Positions 1-18,751 of a DNA stretch of 64,000 nucleotides are shown in pieces. The first letter of the stretch is position 1; every line of letters begins with the position of its first letter. Source of the DNA: Chrysomallon squamiferum (lineage: Eukaryota; Animalia; Mollusca); assembly GCA_012295275.1 (NCBI GenBank), contig CM022670.1, positions 21,638,001 to 21,702,000 on the forward strand. Reading direction: 5' to 3'. The notes beneath the pieces are model-generated. The model did not search any database. It had not been told where the DNA came from and saw only the letters and a program-made list of their open reading frames with translations. A program made the translations under genes and the position numbers.

Positions 1-2163
1 ATGAAAAATGAATTTAGGAATGAACATTCTGTTATGAACATATGATTAGATCGAACAAAATACGGTGATATACACCTATGTACATACATAAAAACAAACA
101 AAAGATACATTCGCCGTTTTTGTAATTGTCCTCGCTTTTGATGTATAACGGTTCTTGATTACTATCAAAACATCATCAGTTATACACACATACATCAAAA
201 TATAGATAATACATACACATACACATACATACATAGATACATACATACATACCTACATGCATACATACAATGATACATATATACATACATACATACAAAC
301 ATACTCAAACATACACACATACGGACAATTCAGAGAGGTTTGGAGGTCATTGCAACTGCTTTGAATGCTAGAGTCCTACTTTCATTAACTTCGTCCTAAG
401 TAAGAAACTAGCCCCTGTCCAAATGTATTTGGTGTCACACAGAAAAAAACCAAGGGAGATATATGGCTTGATTGGAGTTCAGAAATATGTACATGACGGA
501 TGCTACATAAAAAAAGTCGTGTAATGCAGTAAAAAGCAGTCCGAATGACGAGAAACCTCGGCTGAATTTTAGAAGAAATAACTTTTGTTTTCTTCACACT
601 GTTTTTCATTGTCTCTTCATCAGAATATGACGAATCCAGTAACCTTGGTATGGACCCTTTTCAGGGCCTCATCGGAAGTAGTGTTTATTTTATTTTTAAG
701 TTCACTCATAATTCATTTACATAAATTCACCAACCACCGAGTCGAAATAGGGGACATGCTGCTGTGGAAAACCACCAGAGAGTTATGCCAGGAATTATAT
801 GGTTACTATACTCAGGAAATAAAAACTTGACTGAGCCTGGCCATCGCCCCAAGAGCAACAGATGAGTAGTTATCTGTTTTTGTCAAAATTTAAAAAAAAC
901 CAAATGGCTGTTAGCTCTCGAGTTTGGCATGACCAGCCGACTGATCAGACATGGCCTCCTGCGTTCATGAACTTCGGACCTAAGTGGTTTTCTGATAATG
1001 TTGCAGACCTTAACCATGAGTCAATCTCCTATCGTCCACTTCATTTGTTTCACTTCACGGCAAAAAAGGCGCCTCATACGTTCTGTGAATGTTCACCCCT
1101 GCACAACGGTGAGGTTACTGCACGCGCAGGCTAAAAAATAATAGAGGAAGAAAAAAAAAAAAAAAAAAAAAACCAATAAGAAGAAAAAAAACTCGCTTTA
1201 ATAATAACGTCTTCAAACATTTAGGATTATTGTGGCCTTATATCAAAATCTAAGGTAAATCGGGGAAACTTGCCCCAACTGTCTCCTTCTCCCCCCAAAA
1301 ACGTTATACAGAAAACTTTGTCCTCTTTAAATGGCGATTTCCAGATGATACTAGCTCGGTGCTTAACGGTAATTTCGTAAGCAGTGGCAACCACATATAA
1401 ATACCTCTTTCAGTTTGAGGATATCATTTAGTTTTTCTATATCGGCTAACTTTGGTGATTAGTTGGTGAGGAGCTCACCTTTTTCTTGGATCAGGAAATA
1501 ATAACATTATAGATTTAGTAGAGCAAGAAAAACTGAATATAATTTTTGAGGATGTTGTCTAATGAACAGGAAATGAACAAAGAGAAAATTAGTGAAACCA
1601 TCTTTTGTGCTAAAGATGTTGAGTGATTAAGACACAAGTAAAGAATTTTCTTGATTTACATTTGACGGATGATACTGCAACCACTTTTCCTGTTACGGAT
1701 TTAAAGTTTTCTTTCCTATCTCAAATACAAATCATGTGATTCAAGAGTAACTGACATTTTTTTATTTTATTCTAATTTTTTTTTTTTTAAATTAAAATCT
1801 TAGCTTTGGCTGTTGCTAAGATAATTAGAAAAAAACCTTCAGATTTTCTTCTCATCTAAACTTTTATATTATTTGTGATGGTCTTTACAGTTTTTGGGTA
1901 CCTACTTTCAGAAAATGTTTTAAGCTTCCATACTTTTTAAACTGATACATACATCCATACATACATACGCACGTACATACATACTTTTATACAAGAATAG
2001 TGTATTATGATGTACCTTATTCTTAAATCTCTTTATCTGTTTTGAACGTTTGGAATCAGAAACGATCCTGCTATAACATTAGTACTTTCATTATGTATAT
2101 ATTTTTCACATGAAAAATTGTTTTAATATCACATAACGGAATGGGAAGAATTTTCTTTTTCAG

Positions 2164-3022
2164 TGTCTGGGAATGAAGAAAATCAATTTGCCATATCGTT
2201 TCTAGCATGTATATTCTTCGTGTTTGCACTCATGGCGGTAGTTTTCCTTTGCAGGTAATTTAGACTTGTACAACTGATGTTTAGAACAAATAGTATTAAA
2301 TGAGTTTATAATTTTCCAGCAAAGGCTATTTTTTTTTTTTTTTTTTTTTTTTTTTGGATATCAACTTTGCCTGCTGATAAAATGTAACAGTAATAAAACG
2401 ATTATCGACATTTAATGCGGCGGCATCCATTTTGCTTTGATGCTGTCGAATTAGCGAAATCAGCATTTCTTAAGAATCACAATGGAACGGAATATAAATG
2501 TGTTCACAAAGTCATATTTCAGTTGAAATATACATTAAGAACAAAACCCCCATACACACAGGTGTACTTTAATACATGTTGCTAATGCACGAATGTCAAC
2601 GGCGTGACGGTATTTTCAGTCGATGAAGCTGTATAGGTAAACGCCGTTATCTCACAAAATGTTGAAATGTTTCTTAAGTATCGCAGGGGTTAAGTGACTG
2701 GTTGGTCGATTGTGTGACTGACTGACTGGCTGATTGGTTGACAGTTTTATACTGTTGGATACACGTCAAATGTGTAACCAGCAGTAGTCCTTAATCATTT
2801 CATTCGTTCGTTCGTTCGGCCATTCGATCGATCGTTGGCTAGTACTTGATTCATTCATTCTTTCATTTCAGGTTCAGAAATGACGACACATTAGAGGTGG
2901 AGGACATCAATTTGGAACAGGTTTCTAGAAAACGAGAGGCTAACCAAAAAGAATTAATGGACCGGTTAGAATCACATAGCCTGAAAACAGACCATTCTGA
3001 TCTCAACATCGAAGATACTTAA
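2164..3022 (+). CDS. 3' end of an unidentified single-pass (type I) membrane protein gene: TM exon 2164-2254 and terminal cytoplasmic exon 2872-3022
   Basis: ttttcag|TG TCT GGG...TGC AG|gtaatt is a 91-nt phase 1->2 exon encoding SGNEENQFAISFLACIFFVFALMAVVFLCR (hydrophobic helix). It splices in phase to tttcag|G TTC AGA...GAT ACT TAA (FRNDDTLEVEDINLEQVSRKREANQKELMDRLESHSLKTDHSDLNIEDT*). AATAAA follows at 3077-3082. Upstream exons not identified. Confidence 0.6.
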
Positions 3023-4049
3023 AAATCTCCTTTCAGATAATTCTTTATTTTTAACTCGTGACTTTTACTGAATTGTAATAAAACGTCGGTCATCAAAATA
3101 TTAACCGGTATTTTCTGGATCTTTGTACGCACAAGATAACAGTTAAATATTAATTTCTCGCATAAGAAATCATTACAAAAATATATCTACTGATTCACCT
3201 TAGGAGTAAAGGAGCGTTCAGCAATTAACTGCATCTTATTTACAGGATAGAGTACATATCTACGATTTGGGAACGAGAAAATATAAAAATGTTCACTTAA
3301 TTACATAGTACAACGAGACAATCTAATAATAGAATAATTCTGAGATTTTGATTGCTCTCCAGCCAGATTTATCAGCTTGAATTAAAGAATACAGAGACAA
3401 CTGGATTGGTTCGTAATTTAAAGATACTACACTTTAAGGCCTTTCGATCTGAAATAACGAAATTCTGTTGCCGTTTTCTCTTAAGATTTCGCGCTTGGCT
3501 GTTATGCAGTTTGCTCTCGACAATCGTTTGCCAAACAGAGGAACTCTTCGGTTTCTCATGGAGGCAGATTCCTTTATTACTCAATTCCATTGGATTAGCA
3601 CATGTAAACAGGAGATTCAGCGTCACTTTAAATGTAAATACATGAATCTGCGGCTCCATAACAAGGCAGTATAAACGATACTGGAATTTATCCTGCTATT
3701 TCCATACAACGAACTGAAATAATGATTTAATTCGATAGCCACATTTCTATTTAGTTTGTTGTTGTTTATTGTCGTAGTCGTAATTATTGTTGTTTTGTTC
3801 CTCAGCATCATGTTCAAGATAATTATGTCATCTTGATCACGATATAATCATTATCATCATATCGTCACGATAATGCTAATTAAATCATCAGAATGATCAG
3901 CATCATCATTTTTATTGTTTTTGCAACTGTAGTAGCAATAGATCCGGTAACCAGGTGACAACCATCTTGGTAATTTATTTAATTTATAAATAATAGGGAG
4001 GAAAAGAGAAATATTAGATGTTGCAGTTTGTGTTCGTATGAATGAATAC

Positions 4050-4293
4050 ATATGTGTGTTTATGTATGTATGTGTGCATGAATGTATGTATTTTAGGATT
4101 TCAATATTTTCTGTCTTATGTACGTCTGATTAGACTCTGCACATAGTCAGTATTCGGGAACGCCGAGGCACAGGAAAAGTCCAATCACAAACCTCACAAA
4201 CCCCGTCAGATGTCGCTGATAAGACTCGAACGAACGTAAATCAATTCACCCGCATCCCGGAGGCGGACGACGTTACCGTTCGGCCATCAAGAC
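4050..4293 (-). mobile_element. tRNA-derived SINE-like element
   Basis: Minus strand shows Pol III A-box TGGCCGAACGG (4276-4286) and B-box GTTCGAGTC (4223-4231), a unique body, and a (CATA)n-like tail. Shares motifs with the element at 29525-29750. Confidence 0.55.
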
Positions 4294-4297
4294 AACT

Positions 4298-4382
4298 TTG
4301 TATGTATGTATGTATGTATGTATGTATGTATGTATGTATGTATGTATGTGTGTATGTGTGTGTGTATGTGTGTATGTATGTA

Positions 4383-4437
<55 letters not shown>

Positions 4438-4438
4438 A

Positions 4439-4475
<37 letters not shown>

Positions 4476-4540
4476 ATGTATGTATGTATGTATGTACGTG
4501 TGTGTGTATGTGTGTATGTGTATATGTGTGTGTGTGTGTG
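4298..4540. repeat. compound (TATG)n/(TG)n microsatellite
   Basis: Directly visible; source of the YVCM/HTYI ORFs. Confidence 0.95.
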
Positions 4541-4726
4541 TTTTTTCAACATGTATGTTTATATGTCCTGTATCATAGCACCTGTTAGACAGATAACGCG
4601 AACAATTATATATGTCTTTCAGAATCTGATAGGTAATTCTTTATTTCCTCGTACATTCTCTTTAATATTTCACTATTTCGATAGTCTGTCACAAGTAAAC
4701 GTTGAATTATACTGTTCTGCTTACAT

Positions 4727-9990
<5,264 letters not shown>

Positions 9991-11072
9991 TGAATCGAAG
10001 CATACACCAGTGAGCCATGGAATCAACTGCCTTTGTCGACGTAAAACGGATTACCGTATGACGTCTTAAGCATTATTCAAAAATTGTCGACGTCACTGAA
10101 CAAACATGAGTATTTAAATATTAATGACTGTAAATAGCAAACATTTTGTAATTTTATCGCCGTTTTCATCTGTCGTACATCGAAGCGCCCGAGTTAGTGG
10201 TCCTCTATACTGTTTTTCTGACATTTTAACCCTTGATTAATTCTCTGCTTTAGCTTCAATCTCTAAACACTGCACTAATGGAAAGTTTGAACTCCTTGTT
10301 TCTGTTACCCCATCGTATCGTAAAAGAAAAATATAAGTCAGAAGCGTATTTTGTTGTTGTTATTATTAGCATCATTTTTATTACACTGATAAAGATTCCA
10401 CATATTCAAATAAACTGATATCATACGCAAGCATTTAGGCATAGCAAGACTACAAATTATATACATACATAACAACAACAGCAACAACAACAACAACAAC
10501 AAAACTATGAAAAACAAATAAACAAAGAAATAAAAACCTACAAAACACCCTAATAAAAACACACACAAAAAACCCCAAAAGAACACACAAAAACACAACA
10601 GCAAATAAATATGTTTGCTTTTTCCTTATGATAAACTAGATATTAGAGATTTAAATACAAAGTATAAACAGACGGAGATTTCAAAAATACATCCTTAACG
10701 ATACATATTGAGAACAAGCAGTTACCACCATATAAAGGTTTTCTTGTTTAATTAATAAGTTATTCAAATCAGACATAACTGTATCCATTTCTACACATTC
10801 CTATACTTCTGTTATTGTGCCAGGAACTTGAGTTGTCTCTTAAGGACAGTGTTATTGTTACTGTAACAGACGAAGTAGACAGAAATGACAGTGTGCTTGT
10901 CTTTTGTCTCGACGATCAGTCGTGTCTGGGAGTGAAGAATGCGCTGTCAGTAAATTCCAGAATATAAACTGATAGTTTGAATTGCTCTCAGTTAATTTTA
11001 AATTTCTCTTTGTCAGATTTACGCTGCATAGTATCTTTTAGTTTGTTACCCAGTATTCTAGACAGGGCCTTG

Positions 11073-11123
<51 letters not shown>

Positions 11124-11166
11124 TACTACTACTACTACTTTTATTATTATAAGAATGAAAATTATA

Positions 11167-11197
<31 letters not shown>

Positions 11198-11609
11198 CAA
11201 CAACAACAGTAACAACAACAGCAACAGCATCTATAGCAATAACAGCAATAACAACAATAACATTAACACGCCACTACTAACACTACAACAACTACTCCCA
11301 ATTATAAGAGCAATAATAATAACAGCAACGATATAATAATAATAACAACAAAAACAACAACAATAATAATATAAATATAATAATAATAATAATAATAATA
11401 AATACAATAATAACAAAACTAACAAAACTAAATAAATTAATTAATAAATAAGTAAATAAGAACATACAAAAGAATAACTCCAATAGATGTTTAATTCAAT
11501 TACTAAGCGTGCTGAATAAAGGAAAGGAATATATTCTTGTTGACCCATTGGAAACCAAAACAACATTTTCAAGTCATTATATACAATTATAAACATTCGT
11601 ATAATGATT

Positions 11610-11754
11610 TTACGAAAATATTAATCGAATAGCTATGGATGTGGCGATGATTGTCGACCCAACGAATATGGAAGCCATGGCAATGTTTTTGGCAATTTGT
11701 CCGTCTCGTTTGGCTCGCTCGAAGTCCAAACAGTCTGCAGATATCCGCGACTAT

Positions 11755-11806
<52 letters not shown>

Positions 11807-11907
11807 TGATGATGATGATGATGATAATAATAATGATAAAAATAATAATGATAATAATAATAATAATAATAATAATGATGATGATGATACTGATAATAAT
11901 AATAATG

Positions 11908-11939
<32 letters not shown>

Positions 11940-13399
11940 AATGATGATAATAATAATAATAATGATGATGATAATGATGATGATGATAATGATAATAATA
12001 ATAATAAAAATAATAATGATAATAATAATAATAATGATAATAATGATATAATAATAATGATAATAATAATAATGATAACGATAATAATAATAATAATAAT
12101 AATAATAATTATAGTAATAATAATAATAATGATGATAATGATAATATTAAATATGACGATGATAGTAATGAAGATGATAACGAATATTTATAATTATGAA
12201 AATAATAATGATAAATGATGATGATGATGTTAATATTAACAACAATTATAGCATGAAGAGAATGACCAGGAAGCCTATAAATAAATGAATAATTTACTTA
12301 ACGAAACAGAATAGAATTTAATAATGAAAACCGATTTCTAATATATTATCAGAAGAAAAAAACAAAAAAATAAATAACAAAACAAACCAAAACAAACAAT
12401 ACTGAGAGAATATCAATACTTTAAAACTAATCACGAGGAACGTAATAGCAATATATAACCTTATGGGGACACTGATACTTCAGTGATATAGTTTTAATAT
12501 AATACATTACATTACATTACATTATATTATATTATATTATATTATATTATATTATATTATATTATATTATATTATATTATATTAACATGTGAGTTGAACG
12601 TCCATTAGATTATCTTACATTGTTGGCAGCAATAATTGCACAGACGGACAAAGGCCAGCAGAAACAACATGATATTAGAGACAGAGTCATGTAATCAGGC
12701 GGTCTTGTAACAGAGATAATCTGAAAGACAGGAATGAGGAAGGAATGCTTTATTAGAGAAAGGTCTCAAAACCCATTTCTGACTTACCCTTTATACGGCT
12801 GCGCGTATATAAAGATTAAGAACCACACAGATAACGAAAGAAGAAACAATCTGCTCTTACCGAGAAGTGTGTTATTTCTTTAGTTTTCTGTTTTATTTAA
12901 TTTTGGTTTTTGACACCCAGTAGTCGATATGTTTTTCGTGTAGGAGTGTCGTTAAACACTGACTGACTGAATGATTGACTGATTCTTTCTTTTGCAGGAA
13001 GAGATCTTTGAAAACATCCAGTTATTCAGTATGGACTTTCGTTAAACTAGTAGAGTTAGAGCTGCAGACATCCCTAGCAAAAACACAAAACAAGATTAAT
13101 CTGAGGCTGCTGTCTGACTAGCAGATTGTATTATATTATAAACATTTCTCTCTAATGTTTCAGTAAAAATAAAACGTTATATTAAGGCTTACTTGTGACG
13201 CTAAATAATCTTCTGTTGTCGGTAAATAGGCTGTTTGTTTGTAACCGGTTAGAGGCGTTTCAAAACGTATCTCGCGTGCTCTGTCTGCCAGTAAAACCGA
13301 ACTGTACCCGGGTGGAGGAGAAACGTATCCAGGCAACAACGATTCGCTATCATTTTTCTGCGGCTGGTTCGTTCCCGGTGTTGTATATGGTGGCGGTGG
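11610..13399 (-). CDS. CD225/dispanin family protein (PRRT1/IFITM-like), copy 2; 5' end lost in assembly gap
   Basis: Three phase-0 exons, none in the ORF track: 13193-13399 (PPPPYTTPG...SPPPGY...EDYLASQ), 12619-12720 (IISVTRPPDYMTLSLISCCFCWPLSVCAIIAANN), 11610-11750 (SRISADCLDFERAKRDGQIAKNIAMASIFVGSTIIATSIAIRLIFS*). All have canonical splice sites and lengths divisible by 3. PPDYM...CCFCWPL is the CD225 signature. Confidence 0.85.
11756..12230. repeat. (AAT/GAT)n compound microsatellite
   Basis: Directly visible; source of the poly-I/M and poly-N/D ORFs. Confidence 0.95.
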
Positions 13400-13478
13400 C
13401 TAGATGTAAAGGAATAAATTGTCGTTAAAGCCGTTTTTCTACTAATATAATCATTGAAACGTAATCGTTACTACGAAA

Positions 13479-13678
13479 NNNNNNNNNNNNNNNNNNNNNN
13501 NNNNNNNNNNNNNNNNNNNNNNNNNNNNNNNNNNNNNNNNNNNNNNNNNNNNNNNNNNNNNNNNNNNNNNNNNNNNNNNNNNNNNNNNNNNNNNNNNNNN
13601 NNNNNNNNNNNNNNNNNNNNNNNNNNNNNNNNNNNNNNNNNNNNNNNNNNNNNNNNNNNNNNNNNNNNNNNNNNNNNN
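13479..13678. other. assembly gap (200 N)
   Basis: Run of N; the round length suggests a scaffolding gap of unknown true size. Confidence 0.99.
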
Positions 13679-14532
13679 TACATAAATAATAATAATAAAA
13701 AAATAAAAATAAAATGAATTATAAATAATAATAATAAATTTAAATAATAAATAAAAATAAAAATAAATATATAAATAAAAGTTCAAAACAAACAAATAAA
13801 CAAACAATAAGTAATAAATAAAAATTAAAAGTTAAAAGCACTAGATAAATAATTTTCTATTTTCTGATCTATCAATTTGAAAACATTAATGCAAAAAGCT
13901 GATGTATAGGATTAATATTTTTTATTTAGGCTGCACAAATAGGTATTTTACAAAGGTATAACACAGATATATCTTATTCCACATTTAATAAAAGCTTGGG
14001 TTACTTTTCACCCAACAGTTATTTACTCAATACAGACTTAAATAAAATACTGTAAACTGTAACACCAGCTGGTTGTTTAAAACTATCTACATTCTTCTTG
14101 TGCTCTTTATGCTCAGTTTAATTTCTACAGTCAAATACTAATTAAGTGAAACAGTTCAGTGAATGCATGTATCTATATATGTATATATGTATATATAAAT
14201 ATAAATGGGTAGTATGTAAAAACTGAGAAATATATTTTGATAAAAATTAATTAACAGTACATCGTAATTGGATACACTCATTATCCTTTGTATCCACAGT
14301 ACGTTCATTCACAGAAAACCAAAGTAAAATATAGGTGTCTAAATGTGAGATACAACTAAAATATGCGTATAAAAATAGAAACAAAAACGAACACAACAAC
14401 AGCAAACAAAAAATAACCAAGCAAACAAACACAAAGCTTTTGTCTGGAGATGTACAGAAAATCGTGGAGGTTTTTACATCTTACATATTTCCTCGTATGG
14501 AGATTCTTGATCAACAGTTTCACCTTGCAAAG

Positions 14533-14694
14533 CATCGTAATCATCTGTATATTCCTGGTCATCATAATCATCTGTATACTGCTGGTCATCATAATCATCT
14601 GTATACTGCTGGTCATCATAATCATCTGTATACTGCTGGTCATCGTAATCATCTGTATACTGCTGGGCATCATAATCATCTGTATATTGCTGGT
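14533..14694 (-). repeat. 27-bp coding-type tandem repeat x6 (YTDDYDDQQ) in gene A tail
   Basis: Unit catcataatcatctgtatactgctggt on the + strand, six copies. Confidence 0.95.
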
Positions 14695-15137
14695 CATCCT
14701 CTGTGTTGTGTTGTGTGTTCTCATCATCAAGCTGTTCTGCAGATTTTCTGTTATGTCCGGTGTGACGCGTGGGCATCGACATCAACAGCGTTGACTGCAA
14801 CAGGACCTGTTTGCTGTTGTGGAATGGATATTTTGATCTTTTGAAAATGACACAGTCGGTTCCTTCGATTTAGTCCTTGTTCTTTTCACCCTGAAATTAT
14901 TTATTTATTTACCTCAACAAGATTTAATTCACCGTGTTTTAAATCAGTTTATGGTTTCCTTTCCTAACACATATTATCAAATGTTTGGTCGATATATTAT
15001 GTTTCTTGAGACAGAGATTTGTAATCATTAATAAATGTCTGAAGGTAATGTTTGTGCAATACAGTAAATAATGTTCGATCAAATTTTTTAGATTCTTGTG
15101 GATGAAAAATATGAAACACATAAAAGTATTTGCTTAC

Positions 15138-15231
15138 CTAATAACTAGAATAACTGCAGCCGCACTTAAAACTGTGACACATGAGATAATAATAATAATT
15201 ATAATAGTATCTGTGAGTATCTCTTCTGAAA
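15138..15231 (-). CDS. gene A transmembrane exon
   Basis: cag|TT TCA GAA...ATT AG|gtaagc encodes VSEEILTDTIIIIIIISCVTVLSAAAVILVIR; 94 nt, phase 1->2. Confidence 0.85.
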
Positions 15232-15602
15232 CTGGAAAAAAAAAAAATCCAACAGATAGTTTTTAAGCAAAAAAAAAATAAAAATAAAGAGAAGAGTATT
15301 TAATATTTCTTGTTTGTTTTAAAAGCAGCAATAAAAAATCAGAAAGTTAGATCAACAGATACAGAGACAGAGAGACAATTAGATACATACATAGATATAC
15401 ATATATACAGATAATCAAATAGACAGAGATGAATAAGTAAATAATTAAATAACAGTTTTTCGTCTCCAGTGAAATTATTAATAAGAATAACCAAAAAAAT
15501 TCCAATAAATATTGCAGTGTTACATGAATTCATTTTATATGTATTCCTTCTTTCTAAAGTATAATGTACAGAACTTTAAAGTGAAAATAAAAAGTTACCT
15601 AC

Positions 15603-15878
15603 CGTTTTTGCACTGATTTCCGCTATAGCCTTCTGCACAACCTCCTTTACAAGTTCCAGAGACTTTATCACAAGATTTGTTTATACAGTTCCCACATTTA
15701 GATTTACAGTTTTTACCATACGTTCCTGGACTGCATTCTGTAGTTATTATAGTTAATATAATAATAATAATAATAATAATAAATATAATAATACTAATAA
15801 TAATACTAATAATACTAATAATAATATTAATAAATGTGATAGTAATAATAATATTGTCATTATTATTATTAATATTAA

Positions 15879-15936
<58 letters not shown>

Positions 15937-16148
15937 ATGTTTAGTTTAGGCATGACTCCAGGATTGTTTTAAGGCTGATAGTATTTTCATACCGTTTTTG
16001 CATTGATTTCCCATGTATCCTGCTGTACAACCTCCTGTACAGTTGCCAGAGAATCTATCACAAGTTTTGTTTATACAGTTGCCACATGTAGATATACAGT
16101 TTTTACCATACGTTCCTGGACTGCATTCTGTAGATATTATAGATAATA

Positions 16149-16246
<98 letters not shown>

Positions 16247-16278
16247 ATAATAATAATAATGACAATATTATAACTCAC

Positions 16279-16322
<44 letters not shown>

Positions 16323-16531
16323 GTAGTAGTAGTAGTAGTAGTAGTAGTATAAGGTTTAGTTTAGGCATTAGCCCATAAATGTTTTAAGACCTGTGGTACC
16401 CTCATAATTTGCTAAAACGATTTGAAGGGAGGGTTTACAAAAATTTACCGTTTTTGCACCGATTTCCTGTACAGTCTTCTGTACAATTTACAGAGAATCT
16501 GTCACAAGGTTTGTTTATAGAATTCCAACAT

Positions 16532-16569
<38 letters not shown>

Positions 16570-16861
16570 ATAAGTACCGGACCAATTATCCGGCGTCCTG
16601 AAGTGCGAAAAGACCAGAAAACCGGAAGATTTTTAACGACTCTATTTTCATCGTTCGCGCGCGCGGCTGTTGTCCTCACTGGACACGAACTACTCTTTCA
16701 AGCCACACGGCATTCTTTCACTCGCCCCACTGTCATCGTGTCGTGTCGCCACAGTTGTGCATCATCAATTTTCTTTATGTTTTTAATTTTAAAATAGCTT
16801 TTGTACCAGAAAACCGGAAAATCTCAGGCCCCAAGGAGTCCGGATAATTGGTCCGGTACCT

Positions 16862-16908
<47 letters not shown>

Positions 16909-17147
16909 AGATTTAGTTTAGGCATGATCCCAGGAATCTTTTAAGACCGGTACTCCCATTATAAATTGCTACTTGAAGGAAAGGGTTACAAAAACGTACC
17001 GTCATTGCACCTATTTCCCGCATAGCCTGCTATACAACCTCCTGTACAAGTTCCAGAGGATCTATCACAAGGTTTATTTATACATTTCCCACATGTAGAT
17101 CTACAGTTTTTACCATACGTTCCTGGACTGCATTCTGTAGTTATTAT

Positions 17148-17224
<77 letters not shown>

Positions 17225-17230
17225 TTGTCG

Positions 17231-17262
<32 letters not shown>

Positions 17263-18594
17263 TAAGTAAAAATAAGAGTATTTAATCAGGTTTTTTTATT
17301 TTTTGTTTTTCTTTAAACCAGCCATACACACAGAAGCGAAAAGTTAAATAAACAGAGATACAGATTAATAAAGAACAGACAATTAGATAGCTAGATAACC
17401 AGATAGAGAGAGATGAATATATAAATAATAAAATCGGAAATAAATGAATAGATAAACAAAACAAAAATTCAACAGAAATAAGAATTTCCCGTCTCCAGTG
17501 AAATGACTAATAACAATGACCAAAAATCCCAATAAATATTTTAGTGTTGCACGAATGCATATATTATATAATCCTTCTTTGTTATCTTTAATCCTTCTTT
17601 TTAAAGTGAAAATATAAAGTAAGCCCGTATATTTATACAGTTATTCCATCGTGTCTGGTAATGCGAAATGTTTATTTTATAATAAATTGACATTGAAAAT
17701 AGTATTGCTTTTATTACTTTTTTTTGTCAGTTACTGTAACTGGTATTAAATTACAATTGAATGACTTTAAATTTAATGCAATATGATTGAAATATATTAC
17801 ATTGTTTTCAAGTATTCTAAAAAAAAAAAAAATGTATATACAAAAACGCAGTGTGATTTACCTTGTGTACAGTCTGTTCCAGTCCATCCTGCCGTACATC
17901 CTGCAGTATCACACTTTCCTGTCTTTACATCACAAGAGGACTGTGTATTAACACAGTGACGTTTTTCACACAACTTGTCACAGTTAGAACCATACTTGAC
18001 TTTCAGCTCACACTCTAAAAATAATAACAATCATAGTAATAATAATATTGTCATTGTCATTATCACAATTATTGTTATTGTTATTATTATTTAAGTAAAA
18101 ATCCATGAAAAGTATGTAATCTATTTTGTTTTTGAAGCAGCAGTAAACAAACAAACAAACAAAAAATGTTAGGTAAAGAAATAGACAGACAATTAAATAG
18201 GTAGAGAGACTGAGAGAGGTAGGTAGAGAGATAACGATATATATATATATGTATAAATAATTAAATCGTAAATAAATGAATAGATAAAACTAAAAGCCAA
18301 CATACAGAATATGTTTTCGTCTGCAGTGAAATGACTGATAACAATGGGGAACAATCCCAATAAATAAGTCAGTGTTTCAGTGTTCTTTTTAAAGTATAAT
18401 CCTTGTTTGTAAAGTGAAAATATCAAGTAACTTACTGGTTTTGCACTTCTTTCCCTCATAGCCTGCTGCACAACCTCCTTTACAATTTCCGGAGACTCCA
18501 TCACAGGATTTTTGTATACAGTTCCCGCACTTAGATTTACAGTTTTTACCATACGTTCCTGGACTGCATTCTGTAGTTATCATAGTTAATAAAT

Positions 18595-18629
<35 letters not shown>

Positions 18630-18663
18630 ATAATAATATTGTCAGTTATTATTATTGTTATTA

Positions 18664-18751
<88 letters not shown>

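Noticed and set aside
380-1750. More complex sequence, possibly a decayed DNA transposon or exons
   Set aside because: I could not identify paired TIRs, a TSD or a recognisable protein motif.
2620-2636. Possible 17-nt microexon on the + strand
   Set aside because: It would break the phase between the TM exon (phase 2) and the terminal exon.
3352-3817. Overlapping 64-97 aa ORFs
   Set aside because: No recognisable domain or consistent splice context; they lie between converging 3' ends.
4223-4293. tRNA gene
   Set aside because: A and B boxes are present, but I could not form a cloverleaf or find a terminator; better explained as a SINE head.
10280-10295. GAAAgtttGAAACT upstream of dispanin-1 as an ISRE
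   Set aside because: The spacing does not fit GAAANNGAAA, and such a match is expected by chance in AT-rich DNA.
14335-14844. + strand His-rich repeat ORFs (HHNHLYTAG; also 42775-43341)
   Set aside because: Antisense reading of the 27-bp repeat. The minus-strand frame carries the ITAM homologous to gene B and fits the gene structure.
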